From an uncultured Spirochaetota bacterium (GTDB lineage: Bacteria > Spirochaetota > Brevinematia > Brevinematales > JAOACQ01): a DNA stretch of 64,000 nucleotides. The position numbers and the translations under genes are program-made. How positions within the stretch are numbered: the stretch's first letter is position 1; every line of letters begins with the position of its first letter. A model generated the notes under the pieces. It saw only the letters and a program-made list of their open reading frames with translations. It did not search any database and was not told where the DNA came from. Of the stretch, positions 9,022 through 17,400 are shown one piece after another. The DNA lies in NCBI GenBank assembly GCA_963768055.1, contig CAVYGN010000002.1, positions 1,184,001 through 1,248,000 of the forward strand, written 5' to 3'.

Positions 9022-10566
9022 ATGAAAAGATTTTTAAAGAAGGAAATATTATTCAGTGAAAAAGCGGTTATCTGCTATTTTATTATTATTAATATGATTA
9101 TCTGCCTCTATCCTTACAATTACGGATTTTTCGGTGATGAACTTCTGTATATATCCCTCTCCGACCGCCTTGGCTGGGCTTATCTCGAAGTGCCTCCTAT
9201 CGCGCCTTTGATCCTGGCAGGCGTCCGGTTTTTATTGGGGACTTCTTACTTTTCCCTGCACCTTGTACCGGCATTGCTTAGCTCCATCGTCATAATGATA
9301 TCGGCTTCCATGGTGAAAAAAATGGGCGGGGGGCTTTACGCGATGATCCTCTGCCTTATCTGCGTAACCCTGGCTCCAGGGTTTATCGGCGGAAATTCCC
9401 ATTATGATTACAACACGTTCGACAGGCTTTTCTGGACGCTTTCACTCTATATGGTTTTACTTTTGCTTGTATCAGGGGATAAAAAATACTGGCTGTATTT
9501 CGGCCTTTTTGCCGGGCTCGGCCTGATGTCTAAAATCACCATGCTTTACCTGGGTTTTGCGTTATTCCTGTCATTTCTGTCCCTTAAGGACAGGAAATTT
9601 CTTTTTGACAGGCGTTTTCTGCTCGGCGGTTTGATCGCAGTGTCTATTTTCCTTCCCTTCATTCTTTGGCAGGTTTATTACAATTTCCCGATTATAGAGT
9701 ATTTTAAAGGCTATGCGGGCAAACTCAGCCATTTATCCCCGATTCAATATCTTCAAGCCCAGATCATTGATATGAACCCATTTGCTTTTCCTGTCTGGAT
9801 ACTGGGATTAATTTATTTCCTTTTCAATAATGAAGGCAAAAAATACAGGATTTTCGGGCTTGCCTTTCTTATCCTATGCGCAATTTTTATTCTTCAGCAG
9901 GCAAAGTCTTACCTTATTTTCCCATATTATACTTTTCTTTTTGCCGGGGGCGCGGTTTTCATAACACGGTTTATTGAAAAAAATAAAATTAACTGGCTTA
10001 AACCGGTAGCTGCGGTCTTCACTTTACTTATTATATTACTTGGAGTAATCTTAATTCCTTACTGCCGGCCTGTCCTTTCGCCGGAAGCTTTTATTAGATA
10101 TTCGGGCGGCCATAAATCTACCGATAATGAAAAGAATGACACCGGATCCCTTCCCCAGAATTTCGCCTACTGCTTCGGGTGGGAGGAATTGACGGAAGAT
10201 ATAGCCGGTGTCTATCAAAAATTGAGCGATTCAGATAAAAAGAAAGTATGTATAGCGGCAAGGAATTATGGAGAAGCCGGCGCCCTCCATTATTACGGTC
10301 CGAAATACGGCCTGCCCGAGCCTGTAAGCGGACATAATATCTGGTATTTCTGGGGGCCGGGCAATAATACCGGCGAAGTGGTGATTTATATAGGTCCCGC
10401 CGATTCTTACAAGCCTTTGTCCGACGAGTTTACCGGCGTGGAAATCGCGGGGAAAATCGGGGCGAAATACGCGATGCCCTTTGAAAACGATGAAGTGATT
10501 TTTCTTTGCAGGGGAATGCATGCGCCTTTAAAGGAAGCATGGAAATATGTAAAGCATTTCGAGTAA
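9022..10566 (+). CDS. GT-C fold glycosyltransferase (GT39/ArnT/PMT-like)
   Basis: YGFFGDELLY...AYLEVPP, GLGLMSK, ARNYGEAGA, SGHN; many TM helices; AAGGAG RBS before 9022. Confidence 0.85.
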   Translation: MKRFLKKEILFSEKAVICYFIIINMIICLYPYNYGFFGDELLYISLSDRLGWAYLEVPPIAPLILAGVRFLLGTSYFSLHLVPALLSSIVIMISASMVKKMGGGLYAMILCLICVTLAPGFIGGNSHYDYNTFDRLFWTLSLYMVLLLLVSGDKKYWLYFGLFAGLGLMSKITMLYLGFALFLSFLSLKDRKFLFDRRFLLGGLIAVSIFLPFILWQVYYNFPIIEYFKGYAGKLSHLSPIQYLQAQIIDMNPFAFPVWILGLIYFLFNNEGKKYRIFGLAFLILCAIFILQQAKSYLIFPYYTFLFAGGAVFITRFIEKNKINWLKPVAAVFTLLIILLGVILIPYCRPVLSPEAFIRYSGGHKSTDNEKNDTGSLPQNFAYCFGWEELTEDIAGVYQKLSDSDKKKVCIAARNYGEAGALHYYGPKYGLPEPVSGHNIWYFWGPGNNTGEVVIYIGPADSYKPLSDEFTGVEIAGKIGAKYAMPFENDEVIFLCRGMHAPLKEAWKYVKHFE

Positions 10567-10630
10567 ATTTGATCCCTTTTCAAATTAATACCAGGTAAAA
10601 TCGGGATTCTATGGGATAAAGGATAAAGAA

Positions 10631-11509
10631 ATGGGAATTATCTCTGAAATATTGATGCAGACAGGCGGTATTCTCCTCAGGCTTATTCCCTTTGCAGCAG
10701 CGGGAAGCCTTTTAAGCGCATTTCTGAGGGTTTACAGGAGGAGAATATTCGGGGAAAAATTTTTCAAACTGCCCGGGCCTGCCCTTGTTTCCCTCTGCTC
10801 GATTTTAGGGGCGTTTTCTCCCTTCTGCACCATAGGCACCGTGCCCGTAGTTATCGGGCTGCTAAGCTGCGGGCTTCCCGCCGGAGCCGGCATCGCTTTT
10901 TTGACCGCTTCTTCAATCGTAAATCCGCAGATATTCATGATCGAAGTTGCATCCCTGGGCCTTAAGCTGGCTGTCGTCCAGGCTTTAAGCGGGATAGGCA
11001 TAGGAATTACGGCGGGGATGCTCTTTTCTTTAATGAAGAAAGCAGGGACTGCGCTTTTAAATGAGAAAATGCCGGCCCCTGATAATACCGCCCCTGCGAA
11101 AAAAACCGGTATTTTCAGTATATTCCTTGATCAGTTCGAATTCATATCGTTTTTTATCCTTGCAGGCGCCCTGCTTACATCGGCAATAAATGTCCTTGTG
11201 CCGCCTTCCTGGTTTACACCGTTTTCAAATATGCCTTCCATTGTTTCGGCCCTGCTTGGAACATTGATGTCCGTGCCCCTTTATGCCTGCGGGGGAAGCG
11301 TAATGCCGGTGCTGTCTATGCTTCTAGGCAAGGGCATATCCCCCGGGTTTGCCGCGGCTTTCATAATAGCGGGCCCCGCGACAAGGATACAGACTGTCGC
11401 TGCAGTCAAGTCCCTCATAAGCGGCAAAGCTCTTGCAGGATACCTGGCCCTTATCTGGGCATGGGCCATAGCGGCCGGCATGCTGGTTAATTTCATCGGA
11501 GTTTTATAA
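10631..11509 (+). CDS. Permease (DUF318/ArsP-like)
   Basis: Duplicated PFCTIGTVP / PLYACGGSVMP motifs in a multi-TM protein. Confidence 0.85.
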   Translation: MGIISEILMQTGGILLRLIPFAAAGSLLSAFLRVYRRRIFGEKFFKLPGPALVSLCSILGAFSPFCTIGTVPVVIGLLSCGLPAGAGIAFLTASSIVNPQIFMIEVASLGLKLAVVQALSGIGIGITAGMLFSLMKKAGTALLNEKMPAPDNTAPAKKTGIFSIFLDQFEFISFFILAGALLTSAINVLVPPSWFTPFSNMPSIVSALLGTLMSVPLYACGGSVMPVLSMLLGKGISPGFAAAFIIAGPATRIQTVAAVKSLISGKALAGYLALIWAWAIAAGMLVNFIGVL

Positions 11510-11518
11510 GACTATCAG

Positions 11519-11538
11519 CCGGGATTTCCCAGATGAAA
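11519..11538. repeat. 20-bp direct repeat, copy 2 (CCGGGATTTCCCAGATGAAA)
   Basis: 19/20 identical to 8453-8472. Confidence 0.6.
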
Positions 11539-11723
11539 TCTGCAAATTAGGCCATGGTATAATCAATGAACGGATAAAGAGATAGGCCCTAATCAAACGT
11601 CACTGGCCGCTTTTCGACGTAATCCGAAAAACGATAAGATTAGCCTACAAAGATTGACCCAAAAAGACGGCGCTGGGGGTACGACACCACTTTACTGCCG
11701 GAGATTCGAGCATCGAAAAGGCT

Positions 11724-12233
11724 TTATCTTGACAGGCAGCTTAAAATCTCTCCTATAAAGATGCGATGGTAATCTTTTAACGGATAGTTTCTCTCTATCG
11801 ATTTATCGAGAAAATTAAGGGGATCCAGGTCCTGGAAGTAGATTTTCTCGCATTCAAGGACAAGGCTTGACTCCCCGAAAAATACGGCGCCTGATTCGCA
11901 CTGCATCGGGGTAAGGCCTGATACTTTCATTTTATTGACTTCCCTGCCCGAATGGGAGCCGCAGTAATCAAGCTTATCTTTATATTTGCCTGATAAAAAA
12001 TTCGCCGTAAAGTAATTTTGCTTCTGCATGAATTCAAAGGTATATCTGCCCGGCCTTATGAAACACATGAAGATATCTTTATTCCAGAGAACCCCCATTG
12101 TTCCCCAGCTTGCCGTCATCATGTTGTATGAATCCATCGTCCCGGCCGAGATAAGGACCCATTCCTCGCCGATCATATTAAAAACATTTCCCTGAATTTC
12201 TGCGGTTTTTATTTTTTTGAACTGTGCGTCCAT
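11724..12233 (-). CDS. Flavin reductase family protein
   Basis: NMMTASWG, IRPGRYT, CGSHSGR, YHRIFIGEI; GGAGG RBS before 12233. Confidence 0.9.
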   Translation of the reverse strand: MDAQFKKIKTAEIQGNVFNMIGEEWVLISAGTMDSYNMMTASWGTMGVLWNKDIFMCFIRPGRYTFEFMQKQNYFTANFLSGKYKDKLDYCGSHSGREVNKMKVSGLTPMQCESGAVFFGESSLVLECEKIYFQDLDPLNFLDKSIERNYPLKDYHRIFIGEILSCLSR

Positions 12234-12287
12234 ATTTCCTCCATACATAAGCAGGGTTTTCAATATCTCAGGAGCCCAACCTTAATT

Positions 12288-12464
12288 TTAGTTCTTATTA
12301 TTAATATAAGATACAGGATTATTCAGCATCAAATACTGCGACTCTTTAAGCTTAAGCGCTTTCTTTAGCCCTTCCTGGTCCATCGTTGCCCTCGGCCTTG
12401 TCGAAAGGCCGGTGCCGGCGCAAAAAAGAGCGATGTTCTGCGATACAATACCCGCGTCTTCCGA
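12288..12464 (-). pseudogene. 3' remnant of a nitroreductase/SagB-family gene
   Basis: Manual translation SEDAGIVSQNIALFCAGTGLSTRPRATMDQEGLKKALKLKESQYLMLNNPVSY...* aligns with the C-terminus of the 20813-21436 protein; in-frame stop upstream, no start. Confidence 0.75.
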
Positions 12465-12528
12465 ACGCGATCTCTGTCTTATTTTTTACAGAAAATCTCA
12501 TTATCTATTGAAATCTGCAACTTTGATT

Positions 12529-12912
12529 TTAAGGCCCGGTCAAGCCGTAAGAAATATAAATAGATTTTACTTTCCCTTTTTCATGGACGATTGCAGCCTG
12601 CCATCTTTCAGAGATCCAAACGTCAGGCCATTTAGGCCTTTCCAGGTCGCAGTAGAGGTAATCCATATTTTTTAAAAAGATCCCCTTTGAATTACCCGGC
12701 CATTCTTCGATGAAATCGGCGTTGGTCATGTACCGGCATTTAAAGCCGTAGCTCTTCATGGTCGTTTCTGCATCGGCAATCCCGCTGCCGGGGGGGATCG
12801 ATCCCGCCAGATGTTCCTTGAGCTCCCGGATATTGCCTGAAAGCGCTATCCGTCTTGAAACGCAGGAATATACAATAAGCAGCAGAGGAGGTAAAATAAG
12901 TAGAATTTTCAC
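12529..12912 (-). CDS. Hypothetical lipoprotein
   Basis: MKILLILPPLLLIVYSC lipobox-like N-terminus; 4-bp overlap with the upstream gene's stop. Confidence 0.65.
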   Translation of the reverse strand: MKILLILPPLLLIVYSCVSRRIALSGNIRELKEHLAGSIPPGSGIADAETTMKSYGFKCRYMTNADFIEEWPGNSKGIFLKNMDYLYCDLERPKWPDVWISERWQAAIVHEKGKVKSIYISYGLTGP

Positions 12913-14060
12913 GTTTCCCTCGTGATCCTCCTAAAGGGGGATAATTTGATGATTCCTTTTGAAGTATCGTTTGACAGATAAAATAAAATGCTTTCCCCGT
13001 TGTCGTAGTATTGTTTTTTTACTTTCAAAATCTCATCCAGAGCCATGAAAAAGGCGTCGACTACCGAAGGGCTGAAATGCGAATTACTGCTTTCCCGTAT
13101 GATTTCAATGGATTTTTCGATTGCCAGGGGCTCTTTATAAGGGCGTTTCGAAGTAAGAGCGTCGAATACATCAGCGATGGCGGTTATCTGCCCTTCGATC
13201 GGGATGGCTTCCCCTTTTAATCTGTATGGGTAACCGCTTCCGTCCCATTTTTCATGGTGGGATATAGCTATCTTTTGAGCTATCTGCATTAATTCAGTCC
13301 TGGAATTTTGAAGGATTTTTTCACCGAATACCGTATGCAGCTTCATGATTTCAAATTCTTCAGCGTCAAGCTTTCCGTGTTTTAACAGTATCCGGTCAGG
13401 AATACCTATCTTACCGATATCATGCATTGGAGTCGAATAAAGAAGATTGTTTACGAATTCAGGTTTCTGCCCCATTTTCTGTGCAATGATTGCCGCGTAA
13501 TGGCTCATACGGAGAATATGGGCCCCGGTATCTTCATCCCTGTATTCGCATACTTTAGATAGCAGGTATATTGATTCAAGCGAGGATTCTTTTATTTTTT
13601 CATAGGCTTCCTTAAGCTCGATCGTTTTTTTTCTGACTTCCTCTTCCAGGAAATTTTTACTATCCACCATAAAATCGTTATAAGCTTTTACCTTTATCAA
13701 AGATTTAACCCGGGCTCTCAATTCTGATATTTCAACAGGTTTTGTCAGAAAATCGTCAGCTCCTGCTTCCAGGGCTTTGACCCTGTGGTAAACCTCGTTT
13801 AATGCGGTTACCATGACTATTGGGATAAATTTTGTCTTATCGGATGTTTTCAGAATTTTTGTCGTTTCAAAGCCATCCATTTTCGGCATCATAACATCGA
13901 GAAGGATCAAATCGATTTCAGAGCTGTTTGCAATTGAAATTGCTTCTACCCCGTCATGCGCACGGAGAACCTTGTATCCCATAGGAATAAGCATTCCATC
14001 CAGTATCCTCAGGTTTGTCTCATCATCGTCAACCGCAAGTATTTTCGGTTCGTCTTTCAT
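12909..14060 (-). CDS. Response regulator with HD-GYP c-di-GMP phosphodiesterase domain (RpfG-like)
   Basis: REC (LAVDDD, LLDVMMP, FLTKP) plus HDIGKIG, HHEKWDGSGYP, ADVFDALTSKRPYK. Confidence 0.93.
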   Translation of the reverse strand: MKDEPKILAVDDDETNLRILDGMLIPMGYKVLRAHDGVEAISIANSSEIDLILLDVMMPKMDGFETTKILKTSDKTKFIPIVMVTALNEVYHRVKALEAGADDFLTKPVEISELRARVKSLIKVKAYNDFMVDSKNFLEEEVRKKTIELKEAYEKIKESSLESIYLLSKVCEYRDEDTGAHILRMSHYAAIIAQKMGQKPEFVNNLLYSTPMHDIGKIGIPDRILLKHGKLDAEEFEIMKLHTVFGEKILQNSRTELMQIAQKIAISHHEKWDGSGYPYRLKGEAIPIEGQITAIADVFDALTSKRPYKEPLAIEKSIEIIRESSNSHFSPSVVDAFFMALDEILKVKKQYYDNGESILFYLSNDTSKGIIKLSPFRRITRET

Positions 14061-14443
14061 ACATTCTCCTGAATTGGTAAATATTTCCGGATCATTAAAA
14101 CAAACTCCTTTAAATCCAGGGGTTTACTTATGTAATCACAGCATCCCGTAGTAAGCATTTTTTCTCGGTCTCCGATCATAGCTGAAGAAGTCAGCATGAT
14201 ACAGGGAATGTTTTTTGTCCGGTTATCGGACCTGATTAAACGTGCGGCCTCCATGCCATCCATTTCAGGCATATTATAATCGATCAATACAAGATCGGGG
14301 ATTTCACTAAGGGCAATATCAACCCCCTCTTTTCCATTATTTGCCGCAAGTACGGAATACCCGTTTGCTATAAGGATATCCCTTGCTACCCGCATATTTT
14401 TCTCATCATTGTCCATAATGAGGATTACCTTTTTATCTTTCAT
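14057..14443 (-). CDS. Single-domain response regulator (DivK/CheY-like)
   Basis: MKDKKVILIMDND...LIDYNMPEMDG...YISKP. The track's 5' extension to 14638 overlaps the kinase gene and is spurious. Confidence 0.9.
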   Translation of the reverse strand: MKDKKVILIMDNDEKNMRVARDILIANGYSVLAANNGKEGVDIALSEIPDLVLIDYNMPEMDGMEAARLIRSDNRTKNIPCIMLTSSAMIGDREKMLTTGCCDYISKPLDLKEFVLMIRKYLPIQENV

Positions 14444-14456
14444 ACCGGCACCTCTC

Positions 14457-17400
14457 TTATTTGAAAGGAATTCTAACGATAAATTTGCTTCCCTTTCCCG
14501 GCCCCTCGCTTTCAGCCCGTAAAGAACCATTATGGAGTTCGGCGAACTTTCTGGACAGCGGCAACCCCAGGCCGGAACCGGGTTCTTTGGACAAATTTTT
14601 GTACGGAATCTGGTAAAATGTTTCAAAAATATTTTCAAACTGGTCTTGCGGGATTCCTATCCCGGTATCTATAACGCTGATAACAACGTCATCCCCGGAT
14701 ATTTCACCTGTAACTCTTATTAACCCTCCGTCAGGAGTATATTTCGAGGAATTGGAAAGAAGATTGTAAAGGATCTGCTTGATCCTTCTTTCATCGGCTT
14801 CGATCTCGAGGCCTTCTATTGAAGGATGTAATTGTAATTCAAGCCCTATATTATTTTTCAGGCATTTTTCCCTGATCATGTTAAGGCTGTTGGCTATAAC
14901 CGGCCCGATATGGAAAAGGGATTTATCGAGCGTCATTTTATCGGCTTCGATTTTTGAAAGATCGAGCAGATCGTTAATCAAAGACAAAAGATGATGTCCG
15001 CTGTCCAGAATGTCGTCTACATAGCCCTTTTGATTTTCATTCAACGGCCCGTAATACTGCTCGTTAAGAATCTGGGAAAAGCCGATGATAGCATTCATCG
15101 GGGTCCTGATCTCATGGCTCATGTTTGCAAGAAACTCGCTTTTGGATTTTGTCGCCTCTTCAGCAACTTCTTTAGCTATTTCTAATTCTTTTATCCTTTT
15201 CTTTTCCGTTATATCCTCGAGCACCCCTTCAAAATAAAGGATATGCCCCTTTTTATCACGGATAACATGGGAATGGACAGAAACATCAATGATACTCCGG
15301 TCCTTTTTATAGGCGCCGAACTCAAAATCCGTAACATAACCCTGTTTAAGCATCAATTTTAGAAAATCCTTTGTTATTGCCGGATTGACATAGAAATCCT
15401 GCTTAAGGTTCCGGATAAGGTCTTTATTTCCGGCTATCATTTCTTCAGGAGAATCGTATCCCAATATTCGGGCTATTGCAGGGTTGGCGATCAGGATGCG
15501 GCCATCCGGCGTGATCTGATAGATACCATCCGATGAGTTATCGAAAATGCTCCTGTATTTTGCTTCCGCAAGTCTCAATTCCTCCTCGGCCCTCTTCCGT
15601 TCCGTAACATCCCGCTGGATTCCCCGGAAGCCTGCCGGTTTTCCCTCCCTGTCTTTGATAAGCATTACCGACCCTTCCATCGTCCGTATATCGCGGTTCT
15701 TACGAATAATCTCATAATAAAGCAGTCCTTTTTCAATTTCGCCTCTGTAAATCTTTGAAAAAAGGGTGAATATTTTTTTTGCGTTTTTTTTATCCATATA
15801 CTCCCTGTAGTTCATACCGAGGCACTCTTCCCGCGAGTACCCCAGCAGTTCACATCCGGCATCGTTGAAAAAAATAAAGCTGCCGTTCAGATCTACTTCA
15901 TAATACACTTCAGACATATTTTCAAGAATGCCCCTGTATTTTTCCTCGCTTTCACGAAGGGCTTCTTCAGTCTGCTTGCGTTCGGCATAAAACAGAGCGT
16001 TTTGAATGGAAATGGCCGCCTGGGATGTGAGTATCCTGAGCACCTCCATGCGGTCCCGGGTAAAGGCGGCTGTGACCTGGTTATTTTCCATGTATAGAAT
16101 TCCGACTATTTCACCATGCTGCATGACAGGCGTGCAGAGGATCGACAGAGGTTTCTCCCTGATAATATATGGGTCCCTCATAAACATTGCATCGACCAGA
16201 GCATTGTTCAAAACAACAGATTCATGGGTCCGGTCTACATAATTGACAATTGCCCTGGATAGAAAGCCGCAATCTTCTGCCGGAAGGTTTTCAGGCAGGG
16301 TTGCGCTATCCATTCCCTCTTCGATACGCGCCCGGACCATAAGTCTGCCGTTATTTTTCAGGATCAGGCATCCTTCCTGGGCGCCGGCGTTCTCTATCAG
16401 GATACTCATCACCTTTCTCAGGAGGTTATCGAGATCGACTTCGCTGGAGATTGCCTGTGAAGTCTTGATCACACTTTCAAGATCAAGGACGCCGGCGTTT
16501 GTCTGTTTTTCGGCTGAGCCGGCAAGGAGTTGGGGATAGGTACTTTTAAGTTGATCCGCCTTGGCTTTTGCCCCCCAGCGGTTATAACAATAGTGCGCCT
16601 CTCTCATAAATAGACCGGCAATCTCCTCATCGCCTCCGCCGAGCCAGAACAGCGCCGTTAATTCGTTGGCAAGGGCCTCTTCATTGACGAATTCATTTTC
16701 CCTGGCTAAAAGGATCGCCTCCTTGAAGAATTTTATTGCATCGTGTTTCCGCCCCTCGATCCTTGAAAGCTCCGCCTCGACGAGAAGCCATTTGTGCCGG
16801 GTGTTTTCAGGGGCATGAAGCGACCATTTCTTTAGCATCTTCTGGTTTCTAACTACTTTCCGCAAAGACTTTCTTTTCTCCGGCCTTATCATTGCCGGGA
16901 TCATTGCCAATGATATGAGTGAGTCGTAGAAGAAAAATACTGGGTTCATCATTGTTGACCTGACGCCGTCAAGGTATTCCCGCGCCTTTCGCGCGTTCCC
17001 GGCCGCATCGTTATATTCGCCGAACATAAACCCCAGCACTGCTTTGGTTATATACATATAAACGATGGAAGTCCTGTCGCCGGCTTCGATGTGGAGGGGG
17101 AGCATTTCATCTTCATTGTAAAATTCGCCTGTGAGCCGCGCAGGATTCATTTCATTTCCTAAAAGATTTTTGACTGTTTGACGGCAGATTCGGATAACGT
17201 TCACCTGCATGAACTGTTTTAACCGGCTGACTGTCTCGCCGAATCCAGCCATTTCAGCCTCAAGCCTTGACAGGGGAATTCCTGCATAGAAGGCGTGAAT
17301 GCAATACACCTCAGCTGAAAATGCGGCATCTTCCAGGTCTCCGGTTTCAAGCCCGGTTTGATAAGCCTCATGTAGGGGGGCAAGGGTCTTCCGGAGATGG

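Noticed and set aside
14444..14638. Long overlap between the response regulator and kinase genes
   Set aside because: The REC domain starts at the ATG at 14443 with its own RBS; the extension is incidental.
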